64,000 nt of DNA from Candidatus Versatilivorator sp. (GCA_965207735.1 OZ242296.1:4736001-4800000); one strand, 5' to 3'; numbered from the stretch's first letter, positions 46,749 through 57,946 are shown. Numbers and translations are program-made. Notes: generated from the letters alone by a model not told the origin.

Positions 46749-48743
46749 GTGGAAACGCAAAGACCCTTTCGGGTGACCCAGTATCAACCGAAGGGCGACC
46801 AGATTCAGGCGATCCGGGAACTGGTTCGCGGACTGGACGATGGCGAGCCGCACCAGGTGTTGCTGGGGGTCACCGGTTCCGGTAAGACCTACACCATGGC
46901 CAAGGTCATAGAGCAGATGAACCGTCCGGCTCTGGTGCTGGCTCACAACAAGACGCTGGCGGCGCAGCTCTGCCAGGAGTTCCGCAGCTTTTTCCCGGAC
47001 AATGCCGTGGAGTACTTCGTCAGCTACTACGACTACTATCAACCCGAAGCCTACATTGCGGCTACCGACACCTATATCGAGAAAGAATCCACCATCAACG
47101 ACGAGATCGACAAGATGCGCATGTCGGCCACCCGATCCCTGTTCGAACGGCGGGATTGCGTCATTGTGGCCAGCGTCAGCTGCATCTACGGCATCGGTTC
47201 TCCGGAAGCCTACTACGGGATGTTGCTGTTTCTGGCCAAGGGACAGCGGGTCAGCAGGGAGGAGATACTGAAGAAGCTGGTGGAGATCCAGTACGAGCGC
47301 AGCGATGACGATTTTCGCCGGGGCACTTTCCGTGTCCGGGGGGACCGCATCGAGGTCTTTCCGGCTTACGACGATCAAGCCTACCGCATCGAGCTGTTCG
47401 GGGATGAAATCGAGTCCCTGTTTCAGATCGACCCGCTCAGCGGCGAAATCCGCTTCTCCTACGAGCGCCTTCCCATCTACCCCAAGTCCCACTACGTCAT
47501 GCCCCGTCCCACCTTGCTCAAGGCCATTGAGACCATCAGGGAGGAGTTGGAACAGTGGCGTCCCCGGCTGGAAGCCGAGGGGAAGTGGGTGGAGGCCCAG
47601 CGTCTTCAGCAGCGGACCCTGTTCGACCTGGAGATGATGAAGGAAATAGGATTCTGTCACGGCATCGAGAACTACTCCCGCCATCTTTCGGGCCGCTGCC
47701 CCGGCCAGCCTCCACCAACCCTGCTGGACTACCTGCCTCAGGACCACCTGTTCTTCATCGACGAGAGTCATCAGTCCGTCCCCCAGGTTCGAGGGATGTA
47801 TGCCGGGGACCGTTCCCGCAAGCAGAACCTGGTCGACTTCGGTTTTCGCCTGCCCTCGGCCCTGGACAACCGCCCTCTCAAGTTCGAAGAATTCGAGCAT
47901 CGCCTCAATCAGGTGATCTACGTCTCGGCCACCCCCGGGCCCTACGAACTGACCAAGACCAGTGGCGTCGTGGTGGAACAGATCATTCGTCCCACCGGCT
48001 TGGTGGATCCCGCGGTGGAGGTGAGGCCCGTCGGGTCCCAGGTGGACGATCTGCTTCACGAGATTCGACTGCGGGAAAAACGACGGGAAAGAGTGCTGGT
48101 GACCACCCTGACCAAGCGCATGGCCGAGGATCTGGCCGAGTACTATCGCGAGGTGGGCGTCCGCTGCCGCTACATGCATTCGGAGATCGATACGCTGGAG
48201 CGGATCAAGATCCTGCGAGGCCTGCGGTTGGGGGATTTCGACGTGCTGGTGGGAATCAACCTGCTGCGCGAGGGGCTCGACCTTCCGGAAGTGTCGCTGG
48301 TCGCCATCCTGGATGCCGACAAGGAAGGCTTTCTGAGGTCCCGCGATTCTCTCATTCAAACGATCGGGAGAGCCGCTCGCCACCTGAGCGGCCGGGCCAT
48401 ACTCTACGCCGATCGGATGACGGAGTCCATGAGACAGGCCCTGGATGAGACCAACCGGCGCCGGGAAAAGCAGCTTGGCTACAACCGGAAACACGGGATT
48501 ACTCCGGAATCGATTATGAAACCGGTCGACATGCACCTGATCGCCATGGTCGAGGCGGACTATCTGGACCTGGCGCCGGAGCAGGATGCCGTCGAGGTGA
48601 CCTCTCCCGATGAAATCGAAGCCCAGATCCTCAAGCTGCAAGCCAGGATGAAGGAGGCGGCCCGGAATTTCGAATTCGAAGCCGCCGCCCGGTTGCGAGA
48701 CCAGATAAAGGCGTTGAAGGAGAAGGAGATGAGCCTGCTCTGA
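46749..48743 (+). CDS. uvrB: Excinuclease ABC subunit B
   Basis: [32 protein letters not shown]-terminal FEAAARLRD; GTG start inferred. Confidence 0.97.
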   Translation: METQRPFRVTQYQPKGDQIQAIRELVRGLDDGEPHQVLLGVTGSGKTYTMAKVIEQMNRPALVLAHNKTLAAQLCQEFRSFFPDNAVEYFVSYYDYYQPEAYIAATDTYIEKESTINDEIDKMRMSATRSLFERRDCVIVASVSCIYGIGSPEAYYGMLLFLAKGQRVSREEILKKLVEIQYERSDDDFRRGTFRVRGDRIEVFPAYDDQAYRIELFGDEIESLFQIDPLSGEIRFSYERLPIYPKSHYVMPRPTLLKAIETIREELEQWRPRLEAEGKWVEAQRLQQRTLFDLEMMKEIGFCHGIENYSRHLSGRCPGQPPPTLLDYLPQDHLFFIDESHQSVPQVRGMYAGDRSRKQNLVDFGFRLPSALDNRPLKFEEFEHRLNQVIYVSATPGPYELTKTSGVVVEQIIRPTGLVDPAVEVRPVGSQVDDLLHEIRLREKRRERVLVTTLTKRMAEDLAEYYREVGVRCRYMHSEIDTLERIKILRGLRLGDFDVLVGINLLREGLDLPEVSLVAILDADKEGFLRSRDSLIQTIGRAARHLSGRAILYADRMTESMRQALDETNRRREKQLGYNRKHGITPESIMKPVDMHLIAMVEADYLDLAPEQDAVEVTSPDEIEAQILKLQARMKEAARNFEFEAAARLRDQIKALKEKEMSLL

Positions 48744-48855
48744 GAGGCAGGAGGGATAAGCGGGCTATGCCGCTTGGCTGGAGCGACCGGACGCGATGCC
48801 CCGAACCGTTTCCCCCTGAGCGGGACGTCGCAACTTTTCTCGAGATCGGGGACCC

Positions 48856-50529
48856 ATGACGATGGCAGATTCTCCCGAGGTGTTTCAAACCGCTGTCGAC
48901 CGGCGCAGTCCGGGATTTCAGAGGCGCCACAGGGCGATGGAAGCGCTGGTGGAACGGATGCGGCGGGACGAGAACGCCATCCGCCAGGGGGGCGGAGCCG
49001 AGGCTGCACGCAGGCAAAATGCCAAGGGACGCCTGACTGCTCGGGAGAGGATCCGACACCTCGTCGATCCCGATCCCCCATTCCTGGAGTTGGGAATCTA
49101 CGCGGCCCACCAGATGTACGCCGAGTGGGGCGGCGCCCCGTCGGCCGGCGTGATCGCGGGCATGGCCAAGGTCTGTGGGCGCCACTTCATGGTCATCGCC
49201 AACGACGCCACCGTCAAGGCGGGTTCCTTCTTTCCCATGACCGCCAAGAAGGTTTTGCGGGCCCAGACGATCTCGCTGGAGAACCGCCTGCCCATCATCT
49301 ACCTGGTGGACTCCGCCGGCATTTTTCTACCCCTTCAGGAGGACGTGTTCCCCGACACCGACGATTTTGGCCGGGTCTTCTACAACAACGCCGTCCTCTC
49401 TGCCCGGGGGATTCCACAGATCACCGCCGTCATGGGCTCCTGCGTGGCCGGCGGAGCCTATCTGCCGGTGATGTGCGACAAGCTGCTGATGACCGAGGGG
49501 AGCGGACTCTATCTGGCCGGACCGGCACTGGTCAAGGCGGCCATCGGACAGAAAGTGTCCAGCGAGGAACTGGGCGGCGCCGCGGTGCACGCCGGCCTCA
49601 GCGGCACCGTCGACTTCCGGGAAAAGGACGATCTCAGTTGCCTGGGCCGTATTCGCGAACTGGTGGACAAGATGGGCCGTAGGACGGGCTCCAGTCCGGA
49701 TTGCCGCCCCTCGGCGGAGCCTCGCCATGATCCGGCGGAGCTTGGGGGGGTATTCTCCGCCGATCCCGTCGGCGAATACGAGATGCGGGAGGTGATTGCC
49801 CGCCTGGTGGACGACAGCCGATTCACCGAGTTCCGGAAAGAGTACGGCCGGACCCTGATCACCGGATACGCCCGGTTGGGCGGGTTTGCCGTGGGTCTGG
49901 TGGCCAATCAGAAACGGCATCAGCAGAGGCAGGACGGACGGCTGGAAGTCGGCGGCGTGATCTATGCCGAGAGCGCCAACAAGGCGGCGCGCTTCATGAT
50001 GGACTGCAACCGGAACGGCATCCCGCTCATTTTTCTGCACGACGTCAACGGCTTCATGGTGGGTCGGGAGGCCGAGCATGGGGGCATCATCAAGGCAGGA
50101 GCCAGGATGGTGAACGTGGTCTCCAACAGTGTCGTTCCCAAGATCACGGTGATCCTGGGCGGCAGCTTCGGAGCCGGGCACTACGCCATGTGCGGCAAAG
50201 CCTACGGGCCCAGGTTCCTGTACGCCTGGCCCAGTGCCCGCTACGGGGTCATGGGCGGGGATCAGGCGGCCCGCACCCTGGTGGAGGTCCGACTGGCGCA
50301 GCGGGAAAGGGAAGGAGCCGGGTTGACGGATGCGCAACGCCGGGAAATGGAGGCCGAGGTCCGGGAGACCTTTGAACAGCAGGCCGATCCTCGCTATGGA
50401 GCAGCCCGGCTGTGGGTGGATGCTCTGATCGATCCGTCCCGGACCCGGGAGGTGCTCATTCGGAGCCTTCAGGTGGCCGCCCTCAATCCGGAGGCGCCCG
50501 CCTTCAAGCTGGGGATGCTTCAGACCTGA
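48856..50529 (+). CDS. Acyl-CoA carboxylase carboxyltransferase subunit (MccB/LiuB-like)
   Basis: GRLTARERI, ANDATVKAG, YLVDSAG, GSCVAGGAY, GSFGAGHYAMCG. Confidence 0.92.
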   Translation: MTMADSPEVFQTAVDRRSPGFQRRHRAMEALVERMRRDENAIRQGGGAEAARRQNAKGRLTARERIRHLVDPDPPFLELGIYAAHQMYAEWGGAPSAGVIAGMAKVCGRHFMVIANDATVKAGSFFPMTAKKVLRAQTISLENRLPIIYLVDSAGIFLPLQEDVFPDTDDFGRVFYNNAVLSARGIPQITAVMGSCVAGGAYLPVMCDKLLMTEGSGLYLAGPALVKAAIGQKVSSEELGGAAVHAGLSGTVDFREKDDLSCLGRIRELVDKMGRRTGSSPDCRPSAEPRHDPAELGGVFSADPVGEYEMREVIARLVDDSRFTEFRKEYGRTLITGYARLGGFAVGLVANQKRHQQRQDGRLEVGGVIYAESANKAARFMMDCNRNGIPLIFLHDVNGFMVGREAEHGGIIKAGARMVNVVSNSVVPKITVILGGSFGAGHYAMCGKAYGPRFLYAWPSARYGVMGGDQAARTLVEVRLAQREREGAGLTDAQRREMEAEVRETFEQQADPRYGAARLWVDALIDPSRTREVLIRSLQVAALNPEAPAFKLGMLQT

Positions 50530-50536
50530 AATGCAC

Positions 50537-51505
50537 TCATCCCGGGTGCAGCAGCACCTTCAGCGCACCGGGGGACTGAGCCAGTCGGAATGCCTCTACC
50601 GCCTCGTTCAGAGGCAGGGATTCCCCGATCAGTCGGCTGGGTTGAATGCGCTTGCGGACCAGCAGATCGAGCGCCGGTTCGAAACGGCCGCAGCGAGACC
50701 CCAACAGGGTGAGTTCGTCCACCACCACCGAGGCCGGATCGAATGACTGCCGTCCATGAAAGGTGGACTTCAGGACCACCGTGCCTCGCGGTTTCAGGAG
50801 TCTGAGGGCCAGCTCCAGTCCCGACGGCGAACCGGTGGCTTCCACCACCAGTTCGAAGGAGCGAGTTGCTGTTTGGGCCGAGCCGAGTTGGAGAGTGTTG
50901 ACCCCCAGATCCTCAACGAGGTGCATTTTCCGCGGATGCTTGCCGATCAGGGTCAGGGGAGGATGTGGACCCGGTCTGGCCTGGGCCAGGACCATGGCGA
51001 TCAGCAGTCCCAGCTTTCCGTCTCCCAGGACGGCGATCTTTTCCACCCGTTGGATGTCGACTTGGTCTAGAATCTCACAGGCGGCGGCGACCGGTTCCAC
51101 AAAGACCGCGTCGTCGTCGGAAACCGAGTCGGGAACCGGATGGAGATTCTGCTCCGGAAGGGTGAAGTACCCGCGAAAGGCGCCGTCCCGTTTCAGAATT
51201 CCCAGCACCGAGCGTCGGGCACAATGTCTCCCCCAACCGGTTCGGCAGAATTCGCACCGGGAGCAGACGGCGTTGATTTCTCCAACCACCCGGGCGCCCA
51301 CCAGCGACGGAGTCCTGGAGGATTCGACTCTGCCGACGAACTCGTGGCCCAACACGCCCTTGAAACCGAAGTACCCTCTGGTGATTTCGATATCGGTGTT
51401 GCAAATGCCGGCCTGGATGAGACGCACCACGCTTTCGTCCCCGGTGAATACCGGCTTGGATGCGTCTACGACTTCAAGCTTCCGATCGAAAACAACCGCT
51501 TTCAT
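50537..51505 (-). CDS. Zinc-dependent MDR alcohol dehydrogenase-like protein
   Basis: GICNTD, GHEFVG, CxxCxxC...C, GDGKLG. Confidence 0.92.
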   Translation of the reverse strand: MKAVVFDRKLEVVDASKPVFTGDESVVRLIQAGICNTDIEITRGYFGFKGVLGHEFVGRVESSRTPSLVGARVVGEINAVCSRCEFCRTGWGRHCARRSVLGILKRDGAFRGYFTLPEQNLHPVPDSVSDDDAVFVEPVAAACEILDQVDIQRVEKIAVLGDGKLGLLIAMVLAQARPGPHPPLTLIGKHPRKMHLVEDLGVNTLQLGSAQTATRSFELVVEATGSPSGLELALRLLKPRGTVVLKSTFHGRQSFDPASVVVDELTLLGSRCGRFEPALDLLVRKRIQPSRLIGESLPLNEAVEAFRLAQSPGALKVLLHPG

Positions 51506-51678
51506 GGTCGCTCCGGGGTGAGGATGGGCTTGAGACCGGGAACGGGTTTCTTCCCCGGGGGCGCCGGTCCCTCGGCCAGCCGGACCGACCTCCTCCAGAA
51601 ACGGCCTCCCGCTGTCAGGGAACTGTAAACACCAAATTTATTTTAGGACAGTTCAGATTCCGTCGAGAGGACAATCGA

Positions 51679-52407
51679 ATGACGCTCTCCAAACGGGCCA
51701 AGAGAAGGATCATCTGGGCAGCCGTGCTGATAGCCCTGCTGGCTCTCCGCGTGGGTTGGATGCTTTACGACCGCAGCCGCCCCGTCACTCCCAAGAAGAC
51801 GGCCTCCAAAAAAATTCAGCGGGATTATCTGGTCCGGCTTCCCCGGTTCTACATCTCGACGCTCGAGGGAGCCAAAGGGTTGGTGGGGAAGCCGATTTGG
51901 GTGAAGAAGGGATTTCAGTTGTCCTATTTCCCTGTTGGCAAGGGCGGGAAATCCAGGGCCGGAGGTGGGGCAGGGCGGCTTCTCGCCCTGGAAGAGCTGG
52001 TGGTGAGAGAGGTGGTGGAGCAGCCCTCCCCGGGCGGGTCGGGAGACAAGCAGGTCCTGGCCGTCTTCGAGAAGGAAGGGGCGGCCATGGGAACCGTCAT
52101 CGGTAGCTTTGACGGGAATCGGCAACTCTACCAGATGGTATTGGACCAGTTCTTCTATGCCAAGGACCCCCGAGAGCTTTACTCGCACTGGAGCGAGAAT
52201 ACCTGGAGACTCATTCGGGACCACGATTTGGCATTGGACATGACCTTTGCCCAGGTCGCACTCTCCATCGGAGACGGCAGGCTGGTTACCCAGGAAGCGG
52301 GAGACGTTCAGATCTATGAGTTCCGGCGCAAGCCGGGGGGAGCAGCCGGGCGTTTCCGGGTTCGCTTCAAGGGAGGACGGGTGGCGGAGTTCAAGGTGCT
52401 TGAGTAG
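51679..52407 (+). CDS. Membrane-anchored hypothetical protein
   Basis: Basic N-terminus plus TM helix, GAGG RBS; no family recognised. Confidence 0.7.
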   Translation: MTLSKRAKRRIIWAAVLIALLALRVGWMLYDRSRPVTPKKTASKKIQRDYLVRLPRFYISTLEGAKGLVGKPIWVKKGFQLSYFPVGKGGKSRAGGGAGRLLALEELVVREVVEQPSPGGSGDKQVLAVFEKEGAAMGTVIGSFDGNRQLYQMVLDQFFYAKDPRELYSHWSENTWRLIRDHDLALDMTFAQVALSIGDGRLVTQEAGDVQIYEFRRKPGGAAGRFRVRFKGGRVAEFKVLE

Positions 52408-52484
52408 CTCCGCCGCGTGCCCGCTACGGGTGAGGAGGAACCGCCATCAACTTTCAACGATTTCTCGCCAACCCGCTCCTGAGA

Positions 52485-53537
52485 GTGTTGCTGCTGTTGA
52501 TGCTGCTATATGTGTTCTTTCTCAGTATTTCCCTGATGGGGGCATCCTTCAAGTTCTTCGGTCACGGATTTGCCGAGCGCCTGCTGGCCACCACCGCCAA
52601 TCCGTTTCTGGGTCTGTTTATCGGAATTCTGGCCACCAGCATGGTTCAGAGCTCCTCGACCGTTACCGCCATGACAGTGGGATTGGTAGCCGGGGGAGCC
52701 CTGGATGTTCAGGGGGCCATCCCCATCATCCTGGGTTCCAACGTGGGCACCAGTGTCACCAACACGCTGGTCTCGGTGGGCCATATCGCTCGACCTGACG
52801 AATTCAGGCGGGCCTTTGCGGCGGCTACGGTCCACGACTTCTTCAATCTCATCCTGGTGGTAGTCTTTTTCCCCTTGCAGTTGTTCACCAACGTGCTGGG
52901 GCGCGCTTCGTCCGTGCTGACCGAGGCACTCAGGGAGTCGGGAGGGCTGCAGCTGGTCAATCCGATCAAGGCCATCGTGGAGCCTGCCGTGCAGATCATC
53001 GGTCGGGGGACCTCGGAGTCCGGCGCCCTGATGCTGCTCGTCGCGGTGGGCCTCCTTTTCCTTTCTCTGCGTTACCTGGTGGTGGTCCTGAAATCCCTCG
53101 TCATCGGCAGGATCGAAAGTTTCTTCGACCAGGTCCTGTTCAAGACGGCCCTCAGAGCCCTGATCCTGGGTGTTCTGTTGACCGTAGCGGTTCAGAGTAG
53201 CTCGATCACCACATCCCTGGCGGTCCCGCTGGCGGGCGCCGGCATTCTGTCGCTGATGCAGATCTTTCCCTTTACGCTGGGCGCCAACATCGGAACCACC
53301 ATTACCGCCATGCTGGCCTCGCTGGTGACGGGCAACCCGGCGGCAGTGACGGTCGCCTTCGCGCACCTGCTGGTCAACCTGTTCGGGGTGGTGCTGGTCT
53401 GGCCGATCCGGCGAATTCCAATCACCATGGCCGAGATGATGGCGCAGTGGTCGCTCAAGTCCAGACTTGTCCCTCTGGTCTACGTGGCGACGACCTTCTT
53501 TCTGGTTCCCCTGGTGTTGATCTATTTCGCGGGATGA
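52485..53537 (+). CDS. Na/Pi cotransporter family (NptA/SLC34-like)
   Basis: Two QSSS motifs, GSNVGTSVT, GANIGTTITA, ATVHDFFN; start may be ATC 52446. Confidence 0.93.
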   Translation: MLLLLMLLYVFFLSISLMGASFKFFGHGFAERLLATTANPFLGLFIGILATSMVQSSSTVTAMTVGLVAGGALDVQGAIPIILGSNVGTSVTNTLVSVGHIARPDEFRRAFAAATVHDFFNLILVVVFFPLQLFTNVLGRASSVLTEALRESGGLQLVNPIKAIVEPAVQIIGRGTSESGALMLLVAVGLLFLSLRYLVVVLKSLVIGRIESFFDQVLFKTALRALILGVLLTVAVQSSSITTSLAVPLAGAGILSLMQIFPFTLGANIGTTITAMLASLVTGNPAAVTVAFAHLLVNLFGVVLVWPIRRIPITMAEMMAQWSLKSRLVPLVYVATTFFLVPLVLIYFAG

Positions 53538-54985
53538 GTCGCCCTCCGGGTGCCCAGCAGACAGCAGCCGAAATTCACCAGCAGGCCGATGACCCCGGCA
53601 TGGAATCCCCACAGGCGGGGATACCCCAGCCAGGTCAGTCCCAGTCCCACCAGCAGTCCCGCCACCATGCCCGTCAGCACGGTCTGACCCCGGAGCCGTT
53701 TCCAGTAGAGGCCCAGGAAAAAGCAGGGAGCGATCTGGATGAGCACCTCGAATTTGAGCTCAAGGAGGCGGATCAGCGTTTTCTCGGTCCCGATGGCGAT
53801 GATCACCAGCAGGGCGACGATGATCCAGGAGCACCACTTGCCGACGGAGGTCAACTCGGCCTGGCTGCTTTGGGGACGGAAGTAGACCTGGTAGATGTCC
53901 TTGGTGACCATGGAGGAGATGGAGAGCAAGGCCGAGTCGGCCGTCGACATCAGAGCCGCCAGGGCGGCCGCGAAGATGAGGACCACCAGCCAATACCCCT
54001 GAATCGACTGGCTCATGATGAGACCGCAGAGGCGGGCCAGCACCTGATCGGTTTCTCCGGGGGCCAGGTCGGGAAGCACCACGCTTCCAGTCACGCCGCA
54101 GATCATGGCGATCAGCGCGGTGGTGAAAGGCATGATGGTCATTAGAGCCAGAGACCGTTTGAGCACCCGGGTGGATCGACTGGCGTAGAGGCGTTGGATA
54201 GCCTGGGGGTAGATGGCCGCCCCGAATCCGAACAGGAACACGTAGCTGAGCCAGTTCATGCATCCCTCCAGGGTAGGCACCTGAACCTTGGCGGGATCGG
54301 CGTGGGTGAGCTGCTCCACCACTGCCGGCAGGCCGCCGGCCAGACTGGGCACCATGAAGAGAAGCATCGTGAAACCCAACAGCAGCAGGATGCCCTGGAT
54401 CATGTCGGTCCAGGCCACACTGCGCATGCCTCCCAGGGTCTCATAGACCACCATGATGATCGCCAGGGTGACGATGCCGTAGGCCGAGGGCACGGCTCCG
54501 TCCGTAAGGCCCTCGACTGCGGCTCCCATGGCTCTCAGTTGGGCCAGGGTATAGTTGGCCAGGGCGTAGATCATCAACAGGGTGCTGAGCAGGGTGAGTG
54601 GGGGCGAGCCGAAGCGGTGGGCGATGTAATCTCCGGGGGTGATGAACTTCTTCTTGTGGGATAGGGCCACCAGCCGCGGCGCAAACAGCAGGTATCCGGC
54701 GATCACCGAGAACATGAACAGGATGGAGGCGGTCCAGCTGAATCCGATCCGGTAAGAGATCCCGGTGTAGCCGAAGAGGGTATTGCCGCTGTATTGAGTG
54801 GCGTACAGAGTGAGGAAGAGGGCCAGAAAGCCGAGGGACCGCCCAGCCAGGTAGAAGTCCGACAGGCTGTGGCCCCGGCTTCGGCGCCGGGCCAGCCAGC
54901 CGACGCCGATGGTGGAAAACAGGTAGAGGGCGATGACCGTCAAGGCCCCCCAACCGAGCGTCAACTGGCTTTCACCGGTCCCCAT
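53522..54985 (-). CDS. Sodium:solute symporter (PanF/PutP-like)
   Basis: FYLAGRSLG, ATQYSGN, GGMRSVAWTD, AALMSTADS. Confidence 0.93.
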   Translation of the reverse strand: MGTGESQLTLGWGALTVIALYLFSTIGVGWLARRRSRGHSLSDFYLAGRSLGFLALFLTLYATQYSGNTLFGYTGISYRIGFSWTASILFMFSVIAGYLLFAPRLVALSHKKKFITPGDYIAHRFGSPPLTLLSTLLMIYALANYTLAQLRAMGAAVEGLTDGAVPSAYGIVTLAIIMVVYETLGGMRSVAWTDMIQGILLLLGFTMLLFMVPSLAGGLPAVVEQLTHADPAKVQVPTLEGCMNWLSYVFLFGFGAAIYPQAIQRLYASRSTRVLKRSLALMTIMPFTTALIAMICGVTGSVVLPDLAPGETDQVLARLCGLIMSQSIQGYWLVVLIFAAALAALMSTADSALLSISSMVTKDIYQVYFRPQSSQAELTSVGKWCSWIIVALLVIIAIGTEKTLIRLLELKFEVLIQIAPCFFLGLYWKRLRGQTVLTGMVAGLLVGLGLTWLGYPRLWGFHAGVIGLLVNFGCCLLGTRRATHPAK

Positions 54986-55244
54986 GGGAGTCTTCTTCCC
55001 CGACGGTTTTCCAGTAGCGAAAGATCACCCAGGTGGTCCATCCCGCCAACAACAACACTGCAAGCAGCGAGACCACCATCCAGAGAGGCAGCCCCAGAAT
55101 CAGCGGGCCGCGGTATCCGGCCGGCCAGTACCAGGGAACGGCGACGGCGTAAAGGAGCAGATAGACCAGCCACAGCCAGGGATGGCGTCGGGGTTCCCGG
55201 ATCAGCTCGTCGGAGCCCTGGTCGTGATCTTCACCTGAATGCAT
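54972..55244 (-). CDS. Small two-TM SSS-accessory protein (DUF3311/DUF485-like)
   Basis: WLWLVYLLLYAVAVPWYW...ILGLPLW; overlaps symporter start. Confidence 0.7.
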   Translation of the reverse strand: MHSGEDHDQGSDELIREPRRHPWLWLVYLLLYAVAVPWYWPAGYRGPLILGLPLWMVVSLLAVLLLAGWTTWVIFRYWKTVGEEDSHGDR

Positions 55245-55314
55245 GGAATGGGTTTCGTGTGAGAAGTCTCGGCCGAATTGTCTTAGAGGAAGGGCATCAT
55301 ACCATCTTTCTGAC

Positions 55315-56283
55315 TCAGTGAAAATTCGCCGGCAGCTCCCGGGATCGGATGGCGTCGAGCAGTTCCCTGCCGCTGTGAAACCGACGGGTGGCCCGTTTCT
55401 CCTGCAGCCGCTGCCGGAGCTTCCGCAGTGGTCGCAGGTAGGGATGGGAAGAGGCGAAGTGCCGCAAGAGCGAGTGCCCGCGGACAATCTCCAGGATACG
55501 CTCGCAGTTTCCGGGAATTTCCGTTCCGACAGACCCGACACCCTCCTTTTCAAAGACGGCCGTGATGTTGCCGCCGTCGGGGGACAGATCGGTTCGGTGG
55601 TGGCGAAAGCCGGCTTTTCCCCCCAACTGCCGCAGGCTGGCCGGATTGAAGCTGTAGAGGTGGGCTGGATGGAAGCGATGTCCCGGTGACTGGCAGGTGG
55701 CCTCCAGGTTGGGGACCTCGATCACCAGCCGACCCCGGGGCTCAAGCCATTCCCGGACATGCGCCAACACCTCCGATGGAGAGGCCATGTGCTCCAGGGC
55801 ATGAAAGATCGTCACCATGTGGCAACTCTCCGAGGGAAGCCGGACCTCGCGTGCGAAACCGAGGTGGACCGGGATTTCCAGTTCCTCCTGCGAGTAGCGG
55901 GCGTAGCCCTCGTGGGGCTGAACCCCTTGGGCATCGAAGTCGAGACGGCGCATGAGATAAACGAACTCGCCTCCTCCCGAGCCTACGTCGACGATCGCCG
56001 AGCCCGGTTTCAGCAGTCCCTGCAGTTGTCGAATGCGGTGGACGGCGACTTTGCCGGCCCGGTAGACGTGTTCCAGTGTCGGACGGGAGATCCCCTTGTA
56101 CTGGAGCCGGTACTCCTCGGAGTAGAATTTTCTCAGCGTCTGCTCGCTGGGAACGGGGTCGCTCCAGACCAGACCGCATTTCCGGCAGATGACGGTTCGC
56201 AGGGGCTTCCCGTGCCGGTCCAGACTGGCGAGGTCTTCCGCCTCTCGGGCGCCGCACAGATCACAGGGGGATCGGGGGATCAT
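55315..56283 (-). CDS. Class I SAM-dependent methyltransferase with N-terminal zinc finger
   Basis: CDLC...CRKCGL, VDVGSGGG, FHALEH, IEVPN. Confidence 0.9.
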   Translation of the reverse strand: MIPRSPCDLCGAREAEDLASLDRHGKPLRTVICRKCGLVWSDPVPSEQTLRKFYSEEYRLQYKGISRPTLEHVYRAGKVAVHRIRQLQGLLKPGSAIVDVGSGGGEFVYLMRRLDFDAQGVQPHEGYARYSQEELEIPVHLGFAREVRLPSESCHMVTIFHALEHMASPSEVLAHVREWLEPRGRLVIEVPNLEATCQSPGHRFHPAHLYSFNPASLRQLGGKAGFRHHRTDLSPDGGNITAVFEKEGVGSVGTEIPGNCERILEIVRGHSLLRHFASSHPYLRPLRKLRQRLQEKRATRRFHSGRELLDAIRSRELPANFH

Positions 56284-56328
56284 GGCAGGAGGGATGGATC
56301 GGCTCCGGTGCGTCGCCGCCCGGCACGG

Positions 56329-57153
56329 TCAGCCTCCGCTTGGCGCCGGCGTTCCGGGGTGGAGTCGGCGAAGGTAACGGAGGCTGCGGGGGGCCGCCTC
56401 CTCCAGGCTGGCCCCGCGGTAGACTTTCACGGAAGCGAAGCGGTCGTAGCCGATGCGGTCAAGAGCTCTCAGCACGGCCGCGAAGTCCAGATGTCCCGTC
56501 CCCAGCAGGGATCCGTTGCTTTCGCAGAGGTGGACGTGGCGAAGGGAGGATCCGCATGCCAGGATGGGATCTACCAGAGAGCGCTCCTCCACGTTCATGT
56601 GGATCGTATCCACCATGGGCTTGAGGGCCGGAGACCCCACCTCGGCGATGAGCCGGCGGACTTCGGCCACGCTGTTGTTGAAGCCCACCTGCAAGTGATT
56701 GACCGGTTCCACCACCACGTCCACCCCTTGGGCCTCGGCCTGAGCGGCGACCTGCCCGAGGCCGTCCCGGATTCTTGCCTGGGCGGCCTCAACTTCGGGC
56801 TCATCGCTCAAGAGTCCTTGTAGCAGGCCGACCACCAGGATGGCCTTGAATCGCCGGGCGACCTCCAGGAAGCCCACCAGGCGGTCGACCGTTTGCCGTC
56901 GGATGGACGGATCGGGCGAGCTCAGGCAGAGCCCTTGCCCGTAGGCCTCGCCGGTCAGAAAAGAGGGGATCGTCAGATCCAGGTCGTCCAGCAATTGCTC
57001 CAGGCGGTCCAGGTCGGGAGCCAGTGAATCGGTCAGATTCACTTCAACCCCGGCGTAACCGCACTCCTTCAGCAATGTCAGGGTCTCACGGATCCGCTGA
57101 TGGGATCCGAGGGACTCCAGGGGCGGGATGATGATGTAGCTGTAGCGGAACAT
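56329..57153 (-). CDS. Sugar phosphate isomerase/epimerase (xylose isomerase-like TIM barrel)
   Basis: GYAGVE, VEPVN, DTIHMNVEE, HVHLCESN, GTGHLDF. Confidence 0.9.
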   Translation of the reverse strand: MFRYSYIIIPPLESLGSHQRIRETLTLLKECGYAGVEVNLTDSLAPDLDRLEQLLDDLDLTIPSFLTGEAYGQGLCLSSPDPSIRRQTVDRLVGFLEVARRFKAILVVGLLQGLLSDEPEVEAAQARIRDGLGQVAAQAEAQGVDVVVEPVNHLQVGFNNSVAEVRRLIAEVGSPALKPMVDTIHMNVEERSLVDPILACGSSLRHVHLCESNGSLLGTGHLDFAAVLRALDRIGYDRFASVKVYRGASLEEAAPRSLRYLRRLHPGTPAPSGG

Positions 57154-57274
57154 GGGCTTGCTTTTCGGTTATCTTGACGGCAAGCGAGACGGCGGCATCA
57201 ACTCGAATCGGGAGGCTAAACTATCACAGCCCATGACCGGTTCCAATCGGAACTGCAGTTCCACCGCCCTTGCC

Positions 57275-57443
57275 TTGAAACATACGAAAAAAGACAAAAG
57301 AAAAAGAGTGATCCACGAAGGGCCACGAAGAACGACGAAGGGCCACTAAGGCATTGAGGTGAACCGTTACGGGATACCAAGCTCGCAAAGGATTGGTCGA
57401 TTTCCGATTGTTTGACTCTTGAGCCATTTGCAAAATTCTTCGG
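57275..57443 (+). repeat. Dispersed repeat, family D
   Basis: Homolog of 10733-10868 (-). Confidence 0.85.
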
Positions 57444-57489
57444 TAAGCGGAATTGATTACCGGGAAGGGTTGTGATCCCCGGGAGGTGG

Positions 57490-57679
57490 CGTCTGCCCCC
57501 CTCTGGATCGACGGCGGGCGGAGCACTCTCGGGACGCCGCGTTGGCCCCCCTCCGGATCAGCCTTCGCCATTCGGCTCGGCTTCTCCGACTCCCCCTCAA
57601 GGGGGGAGTGATACTTGAGCGCTGAACCAGGCTCCTTGCCTGATTCCGGGGCATGATGTAAATGATGTTCCCGGTTTAG
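57490..57679 (-). repeat. Family A mosaic with 62 bp-unit remnants and IS481-end-like motif
   Basis: atcagccttcgccattcggctcggcttc shared with 16467-16494; core 57588-57618; gatgtaaatgatgttcccggttta. Confidence 0.85.
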
Positions 57680-57689
57680 GGTGTGGAGG

Positions 57690-57917
57690 ATGCCCCCCCG
57701 GGAGCGCGGGCGTCCCGCCCGCACCATGTCGGGCACAGCCTTGGCCATCTCCGCCACTCGGATCGACCCGGAACTGCGCCCTGGGTCTGCTTCGGTTTGA
57801 CCGTTGAGGTTGCCGCCGACAGGCCGGCACCCTTCAGCACCGGACGAAGGCTCAGCGCCAGCCAAAGGAATGGGGCATAAGGATGCGGGCGGGACGCCCG
57901 CGCTCCCGGGGGGGCAT
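57690..57917. repeat. Perfect 34 bp inverted repeat pair (family E) enclosing 160 bp
   Basis: atgcccccccgggagcgcgggcgtcccgcccgca (57690-57723) and its reverse complement (57884-57917). Confidence 0.9.
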
Positions 57918-57946
57918 TCTCCCCTGACGCCGTGACACCTACGTCA

